Below are positions 7,801 through 22,639 of a stretch of 64,000 nucleotides of DNA, piece after piece. The stretch covers positions 19,282,001 through 19,346,000 of the forward strand of contig OZ059894.1 of the NCBI GenBank assembly GCA_964057225.1, written 5' to 3'. This DNA is from Auanema rhodensis. Its lineage: Eukaryota; Animalia; Nematoda. Within the stretch, counting starts at the first letter, position 1. The number at the start of each line of letters is the position of its first letter. The position numbers were made by a program, and so were the translations under genes. Under the pieces are notes generated by a model. The model had not been told where the DNA came from and searched no databases. It saw only the letters and a program-made list of their open reading frames with translations.

Positions 7801-10800
7801 GATGTTTTTAGATTGCTTTTTTCAAGGCAAAGACGATGGACAATGTTATTCAACGAAAAAACTAATTCTTCAGGGTGAAAATCGAGGATATAAGTGTGAA
7901 CTTATATCAGTTGATATCTCGATGCATTTTTAAGCTAGCGCAAATCTGATAACACAGATCGACGCAGCTTAAAAATCCGCATCAAATGCTCTATACTACA
8001 TTGAGAAACGCTTAATACAAAAATTAGTTATGATCGTTTGAAAAATGATGCATTAGTGTATGTTGAGTTTCCATGTACACTCAACATTGCTTCCAAAAAC
8101 ATTTTGACAAAAATTTTTTCGAAAAATTTCAAAATAAATTAGCAAAAAGTAGATGTTTTTAGATTCCATTTTTCAAGGCAAAGACGATGGACAATGTTAT
8201 TCAACGAAAAAATTAATTCTTGAGGGTGAAAATCGAGGATATAAGTGTGAACTTATATCAGTTGATATCTCGGTGCATTTTTAAGCTAGCGCAAATCTGA
8301 TAACACAGATCGACGCAGCTTAAAAATCCGCATCGAATGCACTATACTACATTGAGAAACGCTCAATACAAAAATTAGTTATGATCGTTTGAAAAATGAT
8401 CCATTAGTGTATGTTGAGTTTCCATGTACACTCAACATTGCTTCCAAAAACATTTTGACAAAAATTTTTTCGAAAAATTTCAAAATAATTTGGCAAAAAG
8501 TAGATGTTTTTAGATTGCTTTTTTCAAGGCAAAGACGATGGACAATGTTATTCAACGAAAAAATTAATTCTTCAGGGTGAAAATCGAGGATATAAGTGTG
8601 AACATATATCAGTTGATATCTCGGTGCATTTTTAAGCTAGCGCAAATCTGATAACACAGATCGACGCAGCTTAAAAATCCGCATCGAATGCACTATACTA
8701 CATTGAGAAACGCTTAATACAAAAATTAGTTATGATCGTTTGAAAAATGATGTATTAGTGTATGTTGAGTTTCCATGTACACTCAACATTGCTTCCAAAA
8801 ACATTTTGACAAAAATTTTTTCGAAAAATTTCAAAATAATTTAGCAAAAAGTAGATGTTTTTAGATTGCTTTTTTCAAGGCAAAGACGATGGACAATGTT
8901 ATTCGACGAAAAAATTAATTCTTCAGGGTGAAAATCGAGGATATAAGTGTGAACTTATATCAGTTGATATCTCGGTGCATTTTTAAGCTAGCGCAAATCT
9001 GATAACACAGATCGACGCAGCTTAAAAATCCGCATCGAATGCACTATACTACATTGAGAAACGCTTAATACAAAAATTAGTTATGATCGTTTGAAAAATG
9101 ATGCATTAGTGTATGTTGAGTTTCCATGTACACTCAACATTGCTTCCAAAAACATTTTGACAAAAATTTTTTCGAAAAATTTCAAGATAAATTAGCAAAA
9201 AGTAGATGTTTTTAGATTCCTTTTTTCAAGGCAAAGACGATGGACAATGTTATTCAACGAAAAAATTAATTCTTCAGGGTGAAAATCGAGGATATAAGTG
9301 TGAACTTATATCAGTTGATATCTCGGTGCATTTTTAAGCTAGCGCAAATCTGATAACACAGATCGACGCAGCTTAAAAATCCGCATCGAATGCACTATAC
9401 TACATTGAGAAACGCTTGATACAGAAATTAGTTATGATCGTTTGAAAAATGATCCATTAGTGTATGTTGAGTTTCCATGTACACTCAACATTGCTTCCAA
9501 AAACATTTTGACAAAAATTTTTTCGAAAAATTTCAAAATAAATTAGCAAAAAGTAGATGTTTTTAGATTGCTTTTTTCAAGGCAAAGACGATGGACAATG
9601 TTATTCAACGAAAAAATTAATTCTTCAGGGTGAAAATCGAGGATATAAGTGTGAACTTATATCAGTTGATATCTCGGTGCATTTTTAAGCTAGCGCAAAT
9701 CTGATAACACAGATCGACGCAGCTTAAAAATCCGCATCGAATGCACTATACTACATTGAGAAACGCTTAATACAAAAATTAGTTATGATCGTTTGAAAAA
9801 TGATGTATTAGTGTATGTTGAGTTTCCATGTACACTCAACATTGCTTCCAAAAACATTTTGACAAAAATTTTTTCGAAAAATTTCAAAATAATTTAGCAA
9901 AAAGTAGATGTTTTTAGATTGCTTTTTTCAAGGCAAAGACGATGGACAATGTTATTCAACGAAAAAACTAATTCTTCAGGGTGAAAATCGAGGATATAAG
10001 TGTGAACTTATATCAGTTGATATCTCGATGCATTTTTAAGCTAGCGCAAATCTGATAACACAGATCGACGCAGCTTAAAAATCCGCATCAAATGCTCTAT
10101 ACTACATTGAGAAACGCTTAATACAAAAATTAGTTATGATCGTTTGAAAAATGATGCATTAGTGTATGTTGAGTTTCCATGTACACTCAACATTGCTTCC
10201 AAAAACATTTTGACAAAAATTTTTTCGAAAAATTTCAAAATAAATTAGCAAAAAGTAGATGTTTTTAGATTCCATTTTTCAAGGCAAAGACGATGGACAA
10301 TGTTATTCAACGAAAAAATTAATTCTTGAGGGTGAAAATCGAGGATATAAGTGTGAACTTATATCAGTTGATATCTCGGTGCATTTTTAAGCTAGCGCAA
10401 ATCTGATAACACAGATCGACGCAGCTTAAAAATCCGCATCGAATGCACTATACTACATTGAGAAACGCTCAATACAAAAATTAGTTATGATCGTTTGAAA
10501 AATGATCCATTAGTGTATGTTGAGTTTCCATGTACACTCAACATTGCTTCCAAAAACATTTTGACAAAAATTTTTTCGAAAAATTTCAAAATAATTTGGC
10601 AAAAAGTAGATGTTTTTAGATTGCTTTTTTCAAGGCAAAGACGATGGACAATGTTATTCAACGAAAAAATTAATTCTTCAGGGTGAAAATCGAGGATATA
10701 AGTGTGAACATATATCAGTTGATATCTCGGTGCATTTTTAAGCTAGCGCAAATCTGATAACACAGATCGACGCAGCTTAAAAATCCGCATCGAATGCACT

Positions 10801-11556
10801 ATACTACATTGAGAAACGCTTAATACAAAAATTAGTTATGATCGTTTGAAAAATGATGTATTAGTGTATGTTGAGTTTCCATGTACACTCAACATTGCTT
10901 CCAAAAACATTTTGACAAAAATTTTTTCGAAAAATTTCAAAATAATTTAGCAAAAAGTAGATGTTTTTAGATTGCTTTTTTCAAGGCAAAGACGATGGAC
11001 AATGTTATTCGACGAAAAAATTAATTCTTCAGGGTGAAAATCGAGGATATAAGTGTGAACTTATATCAGTTGATATCTCGGTGCATTTTTAAGCTAGCGC
11101 AAATCTGATAACACAGATCGACGCAGCTTAAAAATCCGCATCGAATGCACTATACTACATTGAGAAACGCTTAATACAAAAATTAGTTATGATCGTTTGA
11201 AAAATGATGCATTAGTGTATGTTGAGTTTCCATGTACACTCAACATTGCTTCCAAAAACATTTTGACAAAAATTTTTTCGAAAAATTTCAAGATAAATTA
11301 GCAAAAAGTAGATGTTTTTAGATTCCTTTTTTCAAGGCAAAGACGATGGACAATGTTATTCAACGAAAAAATTAATTCTTCAGGGTGAAAATCGAGGATA
11401 TAAGTGTGAACTTATATCAGTTGATATCTCGGTGCATTTTTAAGCTAGCGCAAATCTGATAACACAGATCGACGCAGCTCAAAAATCCGCATCGAATGCA
11501 CTATACTACATTGAGAAACGCTTGATACAGAAATTAGTTATGATCGTTTGAAAAAT
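4888..11556. repeat. Higher-order repeat block: 3-mer (1053 bp) nested in a 6-mer (2106 bp)
   Basis: The tttggcaaaa variant recurs every 1053 bp (seen as ORF copies at 5230, 6283, 7336, 8389, then 10495). The ttcgacgaaa (~6796, 8902, 11008) and ttcaagataa (~7075, 9181, 11287) variants recur every 2106 bp. Confidence 0.9.
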
Positions 11557-12559
11557 GATCCATTAGTGTATGTTGAGTTTCCATGTACACTCAACATTGC
11601 TTCCAAAAACATTTTGACAAAAATTTTTTCGAAAAATTTCAAAATAAATTAGCAAAAAGTAGATGTTTTTAGATTGCTTTTTTCAAGGCAAAGACGATGG
11701 ACAATGTTATTCAACGAAAAAATTAATTCTTCAGGGTGAAAATCGAGGATATAAGTGTGAACTTATATCAGTTTATATCTCGGTGCATTTTTAAGCTAGC
11801 GCAAATCTGATAACACAGATCGACGCAGCTTAAAAATCCGCATCGAATGCACTATAATACATTGAGAAACGCTTGATACAGAAATTAGTTATGATCGTTT
11901 GAAAAATGATCCATTAGTGTATGTTGAGTTTCCATGTACACTCAACATTGCTTCCAAAAACATTTTGACAAAACTTTTTTCGAAAAATTTCGAAATAAAT
12001 TAGCAAAAAGTAGATGTTTTTAGATTGCTTTTTTCAAGGCAAAGACGATGGACAATGTTATTCAACGAAAAAATTAATTCTTCAGGGTGAAAATCGAGGA
12101 TATAAGTGTGAACTTATATCAGTTGATATCTCGGTGCATTTTTAAGCTAGCGCAAATCTGATAACACAGATCGACGCAGCTTAAAAATCCGCATCGAATG
12201 CACTATACTACATTGAGAAACGCTTAATACAAAAATTAGTTATGATCGTTTGAAAAATGATGCATTAGTGTATGTTGAGTTTCCATGTACACTCAACATT
12301 GCTTCCAAAAACATTTTGACAAAAATTTTTTCGAAAAATTTCAAATTAAATTAGCAAAAAGTAGATGTTTTTAGATTCCATTTTTAAAGGCAAAGACGAT
12401 GGACAATGTTATTCAACGAAAAAATTATATCTTCAGGGTGAAAATCGAGGATATAAGTGTGAACTTATATCAGTTGATATCTCGGTGCATTTTTAAGCTA
12501 GCGCAAATCTGATAACACAGATCGACGCAGCTTAAAAATCCGCATCGAATGCACTATAC

Positions 12560-15500
12560 TACATTGAGAAACGCTTGATACAGAAATTAGTTATGATCGT
12601 TTGAAAAATGATCCATTAGTGTATGTTGAGTTTCCATGTACACTCAACATTGCTTCCAAAAACATTTTGACAAAAATTTTTTCGAAAAATTTCAAAATAA
12701 ATCAGCAAAAAGTAGATGTTTTTAGATTGCTTTTTTCAAGGCAAAGACGATGGACAATGTTATTCAACGAAAAATTTAATTCTTCAGGGTGAAAATCGAG
12801 GATATAAGTGTGAACTTATATCAGTTGATATCTCGGTGCATTTTTAAGCTTGCGCAAATCTGATAACACAGATCGACGCAGCTTAAAAATCCGCATCGAA
12901 TGCACTATACTACATTGAGAAACGGTCAATACAAAAATTAGTTATGATCGTTTGAAAAATGATCCATTAGTGTATGTTGAGTTTCCATGTACACTCAACA
13001 TTGCTTCCAAAAACATTTTGACAAAAATTTTTTCGAAAAATTTCGAAATAAATTAGCAAAAAGTAGATGTTTTTAGATTGCTTTTTTCAAGGCAAAGACG
13101 ATGGACAATGTTATTCAACGAAAAAATTAATTCTTCAGGGTGAAAATCGAGGATATAAGTGTGAACTTATATCAGTTGATATCTCGGTGCATTTTTAAGC
13201 TAGCGCAAATCTGATAACACAGATCGACGCAGCTTAAAAATCCGCATCGAATGCACTATACTACATTGAGAAACGCTTAATACAAAAATTAGTTATGATC
13301 GTTTGAAAAATGATGCATTAGTGTATGTTGAGTTTCCATGTACACTCAACATTGCTTCCAAAAACATTTTGACAAAAATTTTTTCGAAAAATTTCAAATT
13401 AAATTAGCAAAAAGTAGATGTTTTTAGATTCCATTTTTCAAGGCAAAGACGATGGACAATGTTATTCAACGAAAAAATTAATTCTTCAGGGTGAAAATCG
13501 AGGATATAAGTGTGAACTTATATCAGTTGATATCTCGGTGCATTTTTAAGCTAGCGCAAATCTGATAACACAGATCGACGCAGCTTAAAAATCCGCATCG
13601 AATGCACTATACTACATTGAGAAACGCTTAATACAAAAATTAGTTATGATCGTTTGAAAAATGATGCATTAGTGTATGTTGAGTTTCCATGTACACTCAA
13701 CATTGCTTCCAAAAACATTTTGACAAAAATTTTTTCGAAAAATTTCAAATTAAATTAGCAAAAAGTAGATGTTTTTAGATTCCATTTTTAAAGGCAAAGA
13801 CGATGGACAATGTTATTCAACGAAAAAATTATATCTTCAGGGTGAAAATCGAGGATATAAGTGTGAACTTATATCAGTTGATATCTCGGTGCATTTTTAA
13901 GCTTGCGCAAATCTGATAACACAGATCGACGCAGCTTAAAAATCCGCATCGAATGCACTATACTACATTGAGAAACGCTTGATACAGAAATTAGTTATGA
14001 TCGTTTGAAAAATGATCCATTAGTGTATGTTGAGTTTCCATGTACACTCAACATTGCTTCCAAAAACATTTTGACAAAAATTTTTTCGAAAAATTTCAAA
14101 ATAAATTAGCAAAAAGTAGATGTTTTTAGATTGCTTTTTTCAAGGCAAAGACGATGGACAATGTTATTCAACGAAAAATTTAATTCTTCAGGGTGAAAAT
14201 CGAGGATATAAGTGTGAACTTATATCAGTTGATATCTCGGTGCATTTTTAAGCTTGCGCAAATCTGATAACACAGATCGACGCAGCTTAAAAATCCGCAT
14301 CGAATGCACTATACTACATTGAGAAACGGTCAATACAAAAATTAGTTATGATCGTTTGAAAAATGATCCATTAGTGTATGTTGAGTTTCCATGTACACTC
14401 AACATTGCTTCCAAAAACATTTTGACAAAAATTTTTTCGAAAAATTTCGAAATAAATTAGCAAAAAGTAGATGTTTTTAGATTGCTTTTTTCAAGGCAAA
14501 GACGATGGACAATGTTATTCAACGAAAAAATTAATTCTTCAGGGTGAAAATCGAGGATATAAGTGTGAACTTATATCAGTTGATATCTCGGTGCATTTTT
14601 AAGCTAGCGCAAATCTGATAACACAGATCGACGCAGCTTAAAAATCCGCATCGAATGCACTATACTACATTGAGAAACGCTTAATACAAAAATTAGTTAT
14701 GATCGTTTGAAAAATGATGCATTAGTGTATGTTGAGTTTCCATGTACACTCAACATTGCTTCCAAAAACATTTTGACAAAAATTTTTTCGAAAAATTTCA
14801 AATTAAATTAGCAAAAAGTAGATGTTTTTAGATTCCATTTTTCAAGGCAAAGACGATGGACAATGTTATTCAACGAAAAAATTAATTCTTCAGGGTGAAA
14901 ATCGAGGATATAAGTGTGAACTTATATCAGTTGATATCTCGGTGCATTTTTAAGCTAGCGCAAATCTGATAACACAGATCGACGCAGCTTAAAAATCCGC
15001 ATCGAATGCACTATACTACATTGAGAAACGCTTGATACAGAAATTAGTTATGATCGTTTGAAAAATGATCCATTAGTGTATGTTGAGTTTCCATGTACAC
15101 TCAACATTGCTTCCAAAAACATTTTGACAAAAATTTTTTCGAAAAATTTCAAAATAAATTAGCAAAAAGTAGATGTTTTTAGATTGCTTTTTTCAAGGCA
15201 AAGACGATGGACAATGTTATTCAACGAAAAATTTAATTCTTCAGGGTGAAAATCGAGGATATAAGTGTGAACTTATATCAGTTGATATCTCGGTGCATTT
15301 TTAAGCTTGCGCAAATCTGATAACACAGATCGACGCAGCTTAAAAATCCGCATCGAATGCACTATACTACATTGAGAAACGGTCAATACAAAAATTAGTT
15401 ATGATCGTTTGAAAAATGATCCATTAGTGTATGTTGAGTTTCCATGTACACTCAACATTGCTTCCAAAAACATTTTGACAAAAATTTTTTCGAAAAATTT

Positions 15501-18500
15501 CGAAATAAATTAGCAAAAAGTAGATGTTTTTAGATTGCTTTTTTCAAGGCAAAGACGATGGACAATGTTATTCAACGAAAAAATTAATTCTTCAGGGTGA
15601 AAATCGAGGATATAAGTGTGAACTTATATCAGTTGATATCTCGGTGCATTTTTAAGCTAGCGCAAATCTGATAACACAGATCGACGCAGCTTAAAAATCC
15701 GCATCGAATGCACTATACTACATTGAGAAACGCTTAATACAAAAATTAGTTATGATCGTTTGAAAAATGATGCATTAGTGTATGTTGAGTTTCCATGTAC
15801 ACTCAACATTGCTTCCAAAAACATTTTGACAAAAATTTTTTCGAAAAATTTCAAATTAAATTAGCAAAAAGTAGATGTTTTTAGATTCCATTTTTCAAGG
15901 CAAAAACGATGGACAATGTTATTCAACGAAAAAATTAATTCTTCAGGGTGAAAATCGAGGATATAAGTGTGAACTTATATCAGTTGATATCTCGGTGCAT
16001 TTTTAAGCTAGCGCAAATCTGATAACACAGATCGACGCAGCTTAAAAATCCGCATCGAATGCACTATACTACATTGAGAAACGCTTGATACAGAAATTAG
16101 TTATGATCGTTTGAAAAATGATCCATTAGTGTATGTTGAGTTTCCATGTACACTCAACATTGCTTCCAAAAACATTTTGACAAAAATTTTTTCGAAAAAT
16201 TTCAAAATAAATTAGCAAAAAGTAGATGTTTTTAGATTGCTTTTTTCAAGGCAAAGACGATGGACAATGTTATTCAACGAAAAATTTAATTCTTCAGGGT
16301 GAAAATCGAGGATATAAGTGTGAACTTATATCAGTTGATATCTCGGTGCATTTTTAAGCTTGCGCAAATCTGATAACACAGATCGACGCAGCTTAAAAAT
16401 CCGCATCGAATGCACTATACTACATTGAGAAACGGTCAATACAAAAATTAGTTATGATCGTTTGAAAAATGATCCATTAGTGTATGTTGAGTTTCCATGT
16501 ACACTCAACATTGCTTCCAAAAACATTTTGACAAAAATTTTTTCGAAAAATTTCGAAATAAATTAGCAAAAAGTAGATGTTTTTAGATTGCTTTTTTCAA
16601 GGCAAAGACGATGGACAATGTTATTCAACGAAAAAATTAATTCTTCAGGGTGAAAATCGAGGATATAAGTGTGAACTTATATCAGTTGATATCTCGGTGC
16701 ATTTTTAAGCTAGCGCAAATCTGATAACACAGATCGACGCAGCTTAAAAATCCGCATCGAATGCACTATACTACATTGAGAAACGCTTAATACAAAAATT
16801 AGTTATGATCGTTTGAAAAATGATGCATTAGTGTATGTTGAGTTTCCATGTACACTCAACATTGCTTCCAAAAACATTTTGACAAAAATTTTTTCGAAAA
16901 ATTTCAAATTAAATTAGCAAAAAGTAGATGTTTTTAGATTCCATTTTTCAAGGCAAAGACGATGGACAATGTTATTCAACGAAAAAATTAATTCTTCAGG
17001 GTGAAAATCGAGGATATAAGTGTGAACTTATATCAGTTGATATCTCGGTGCATTTTTAAGCTAGCGCAAATCTGATAACACAGATCGACGCAGCTTAAAA
17101 ATCCGCATCGAATGCACTATACTACATTGAGAAACGCTTGATACAGAAATTAGTTATGATCGTTTGAAAAATGATCCATTAGTGTATGTTGAGTTTCCAT
17201 GTACACTCAACATTGCTTCCAAAAACATTTTGACAAAAATTTTTTCGAAAAATTTCAAAATAAATTAGCAAAAAGTAGATGTTTTTAGATTGCTTTTTTC
17301 AAGGCAAAGACGATGGACAATGTTATTCAACGAAAAATTTAATTCTTCAGGGTGAAAATCGAGGATATAAGTGTGAACTTATATCAGTTGATATCTCGGT
17401 GCATTTTTAAGCTTGCGCAAATCTGATAACACAGATCGACGCAGCTTAAAAATCCGCATCGAATGCACTATACTACATTGAGAAACGGTCAATACAAAAA
17501 TTAGTTATGATCGTTTGAAAAATGATCCATTAGTGTATGTTGAGTTTCCATGTACACTCAACATTGCTTCCAAAAACATTTTGACAAAAATTTTTTCGAA
17601 AAATTTCGAAATAAATTAGCAAAAAGTAGATGTTTTTAGATTGCTTTTTTCAAGGCAAAGACGATGGACAATGTTATTCAACGAAAAAATTAATTCTTCA
17701 GGGTGAAAATCGAGGATATAAGTGTGAACTTATATCAGTTGATATCTCGGTGCATTTTTAAGCTAGCGCAAATCTGATAACACAGATCGACGCAGCTTAA
17801 AAATCCGCATCGAATGCACTATACTACATTGAGAAACGCTTAATACAAAAATTAGTTATGATCGTTTGAAAAATGATGCATTAGTGTATGTTGAGTTTCC
17901 ATGTACACTCAACATTGCTTCCAAAAACATTTTGACAAAAATTTTTTCGAAAAATTTCAAATTAAATTAGCAAAAAGTAGATGTTTTTAGATTCCATTTT
18001 TCAAGGCAAAAACGATGGACAATGTTATTCAACGAAAAAATTAATTCTTCAGGGTGAAAATCGAGGATATAAGTGTGAACTTATATCAGTTGATATCTCG
18101 GTGCATTTTTAAGCTAGCGCAAATCTGATAACACAGATCGACGCAGCTTAAAAATCCGCATCGAATGCACTATACTACATCGAGAAACGCTTGATACAGA
18201 AATTAGTTATGATCGTTTGAAAAATGATCCATTAGTGTATGTTGAGTTTCCATGTACACTCAACATTGCTTCCAAAAACATTTTGACAAAAATTTTTTCG
18301 AAAAATTTCAAAATAAATTAGCAAAAAGTAGATGTTTTTAGATTGCTTTTTTCAAGGCAAAGACGATGGACAATGTTATTCAACGAAAAAATTAATTCTT
18401 CAGGGTGAAAATCGAGGATATAAGTGTGAACTTATATCAGTTGATATCTCGGTGCATTTTTAAGCTTGCGCAAATCTGATAACACAGATCGACGCAGCTT

Positions 18501-19600
18501 AAAAATCCGCATCGAATGCACTATACTACATTGAGAAACGCTTAATACAAAAATTAGTTATGATCGTTTGAAAAATGATGCATTAGTGTATGTTGAGTTT
18601 CCATGTACACTCAACATTGCTTCCAAAAACATTTTGACAAAAATTTTTTCGAAAAATTTCGAAATAAATTAGCAAAAAGTAGATGTTTTTAGATTGCTTT
18701 TTTCAAGGCAAAGACGATGGACAATGTTATTCAACGAAAAAATTAATTCTTCAGGGTGAAAATCGAGGATATAAGTGTGAACTTATATCAGTTGATATCT
18801 CGGTGCATTTTTAAGCTAGCGCAAATCTGATAACACAGATCGACGCAGCTTAAAAATCCGCATCGAATGCACTATACTACATTGAGAAACGCTTAATACA
18901 AAAATTAGTTATGATCGTTTGAAAAATGATGCATTAGTGTATGTTGAGTTTCCATGTACACTCAACATTGCTTCCAAAAACATTTTGACAAAAATTTTTT
19001 CGAAAAATTTCAAATTAAATTAGCAAAAAGTAGATGTTTTTAGATTCCATTTTTCAAGGCAAAAACGATGGACAATGTTATTCAACGAAAAAATTAATTC
19101 TTCAGGGTGAAAATCGAGGATATAAGTGTGAACTTATATCAGTTGATATCTCGGTGCATTTTTAAGCTAGCGCAAATCTGATAACACAGATCGACGCAGC
19201 TTAAAAATCCGCATCGAATGCACTATACTACATCGAGAAACGCTTGATACAGAAATTAGTTATGATCGTTTGAAAAATGATCCATTAGTGTATGTTGAGT
19301 TTCCATGTACACTCAACATTGCTTCCAAAAACATTTTGACAAAAATTTTTTCGAAAAATTTCAAAATAAATTAGCAAAAAGTAGATGTTTTTAGATTGCT
19401 TTTTTCAAGGCAAAGACGATGGACAATGTTATTCAACGAAAAAATTAATTCTTCAGGGTGAAAATCGAGGATATAAGTGTGAACTTATATCAGTTGATAT
19501 CTCGGTGCATTTTTAAGCTTGCGCAAATCTGATAACACAGATCGACGCAGCTTAAAAATCCGCATCGAATGCACTATACTACATTGAGAAACGCTTAATA
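12560..19600. repeat. Higher-order repeat block: second, distinct 3-mer
   Basis: The aacggtcaat variant occurs at 12921, 14325, 15378, 16431 and 17484 (spacing 1404, then 1053 x3), in phase with the tttcgaaata, ttcaaattaa and aagcttgcgc variants. Confidence 0.88.
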
Positions 19601-22600
19601 CAAAAATTAGTTATGATCGTTTGAAAAATGATGCATTAGTGTATGTTGAGTTTCCATGTACACTCAACATTGCTTCCAAAAACATTTTGACAAAAATTTT
19701 TTCGAAAAATTTCAAAATAATTTAGCGAAAAGTAGATGTTTTTAGATTGCTTTTTTCAAGGCAAAGACGATGGACATTGTTATTCAACGAAAAAATTAAT
19801 TCTTCAGGGTGAAAATCGAGGATATAAGTGTGAACTTATATCAGTTGATATCTCGGTGCATTTTTAAGCTAGCGCAAATCTGATAACACAGATCGACGCA
19901 GCTTAAAAATCCGCATCGAATGCACTATACTACATTGAGAAACGCTTAAAACAAAAATTAGTTATGATCGTTTGAAAAATGATGCATTAGTGTATGTTGA
20001 GTTTCCATGTACACTCAACATTGCTTCCAAAAACATTTTGACAAAAATTTTTTCGAAAAATTTCAAATTAAATTAGCAAAAAGTAGATGTTTTTAGATTC
20101 CATTTTTCAAGGCAAAGACGATGGACAATGTTATTCAACGAAAAAATTAATTCTTCAGGGTGAAAATCGAGGATATAAGTGTGAACTTATATCAGTTGAT
20201 ATCTCGGTGCATTTTTAAGCTAGCTCAAATCTGATAACACAGATCGACGCAGCTTAAAAATCCGCATCGAATGCACTATACTACATTGAGAAACGCTCGA
20301 TACAGAAATTAGTTATGATCGTTTGAAAAATGATCCATTAGTGTATGTTGAGTTTCCATGTACACTCAACATTGCTTCCAAAAACATTTTGACAAAAATT
20401 TTTTCGAAAAATTTCAAAATAAATTAGCAAAAAGTAGATGTTTTTAGATTGCTTTTTTCAAGGCAAAGACGATGGACAATGTTATTCAACGAAAAAATTA
20501 ATTCTTCAGGGTGAAAATCGAGGATATAAGTGTGAACTTATATCAGTTGATATCTCGGTGCATTTTTAAGCTTGCGCAAATCTGATAACACAGATCGACG
20601 CAGCTTAAAAATCCGCATCGAATGCACTATACTACATTGAGAAACGCTTAATACAAAAATTAGTTATGATCGTTTGAAAAATGATGCATTAGTGTATGTT
20701 GAGTTTCCATGTACACTCAACATTGCTTCCAAAAACATTTTGACAAAAATTTTTTCGAAAAATTTCAAAATAATTTAGCGAAAAGTAGATGTTTTTAGAT
20801 TGCTTTTTTCAAGGCAAAGACGATGGACATTGTTATTCAACGAAAAAATTAATTCTTCAGGGTGAAAATCGAGGATATAAGTGTGAACTTATATCAGTTG
20901 ATATCTCGGTGCATTTTTAAGCTAGCGCAAATCTGATAACACAGATCGACGCAGCTTAAAAATCCGCATCGAATGCACTATACTACATTAAGAAACGGTT
21001 GATACAGAAATTAGTTATGATCGTTTGAAAAATGATCCATTAGTGTATGTTGAGTTTCCATGTACACTCAACATTGCTTCCAAAAACATTTTGACAAAAA
21101 TTTTTTCGAAAAATTTCAAAATAAATTAGCAAAAAGTAGATGTTTTTAGATTGTTTTTTTCAAGGCAAAGACGATGGACAATGTTATTCAACGAAAAAAT
21201 TAATTCTTCAGGGTGAAAATCGAGGATATAAGTGTGAACTTATATCAGTTGATATCTCGGTGCATTTTTAAGCTAGCGCAAATCTGATAACACAGATCGA
21301 CGCAGCTTAAAAATCCGCATCGAATGCACTATACTACATTGAGAAACGCTTAATACAAAAATTAGTTATGATCGTTTGAAAAATGATGCATTAGTGTATG
21401 TTGAGTTTCCATGTACACTCAACATTGCTTCCAAGAACATTTTGACAAAAATTTTTTCGAAAAATTTCAAAAAAATTTAGCAAAAAGTAGATGTTTTTAG
21501 ATTCCTTTTTTCAAGGCAAAGACGATGGACAATGTTATTCAACGAAAAAATTAATTCTTCAGGGTGAAAATCGAGGATATAAGTGTGAACTTATATCAGT
21601 TGATATCTCGGTGCATTTTTAAGCTTGCGCAAATCTGATAACACAGATCGACGCAGCTTAAAAATCCGCATCGAATGCACTATACTACATTGAGAAACGC
21701 TTAATACAAAAATTAGTTATGATCGTTTGAAAAATGATGCATTAGTGTATGTTGAGTTTCCATGTACACTCAACATTGCTTCCAAAAACATTTTGACAAA
21801 AATTTTTTCGAAAAATTTCAAAATAATTTAGCGAAAAGTAGATGTTTTTAGATTGCTTTTTTCAAGGCAAAGACGATGGACATTGTTATTCAACGAAAAA
21901 ATTAATTCTTCAGGGTGAAAATCGAGGATATAAGTGTGAACTTATATCAGTTGATATCTCGGTGCATTTTTAAGCTAGCGCAAATCTGATAACACAGATC
22001 GACGCAGCTTAAAAATCCGCATCGAATGCACTATACTACATTAAGAAACGGTTGATACAGAAATTAGTTATGATCGTTTGAAAAATGATCCATTAGTGTA
22101 TGTTGAGTTTCCATGTACACTCAACATTGCTTCCAAGAACATTTTGACAAAAATTTTTTCGAAAAATTTCAAATTAAATTAGCAAAAAGTAGATGTTTTT
22201 AGATTCCATTTTTCAAGGCAAAGACGATGGACAATGTTATTCAACGAAAAAATTAATTCTTCAGGGTGAAAATCGAGGATATAAGTGTGAACTTATATCA
22301 GTTGATATCTCGGTGCATTTTTAAGCTAGCGCAAATCTGATAACACAGATCGACGCAGCTTAAAAATCCGCATCGAATGCACTATACTACATTGAGAAAC
22401 GCTTAATACAAAAATTAGTTATGATCGTTTGAAAAATGATGCATTAGTGTATGTTGAGTTTCCATGTACACTCAACATTGCTTCCAAAAACATTTTGACA
22501 AAAATTTTTTCGAAAAATTTCAAAATAAATTAGCAAAAAGTAGATGTTTTTAGATTGCTTTTTTCAAGGCAAAGACGATGGACAATGTTATTCAACGAAA

Positions 22601-22639
22601 AAATTAATTCTTCAGGGTGAAAATCGAGGATATAAGTGT

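Noticed and set aside
5230-12792. Repeated 63-aa ORFs (MKNDPLVYVEF...)
   Set aside because: They start at TTG and arise only where a single substitution removes a TAG in the satellite; they are HOR markers, not genes.
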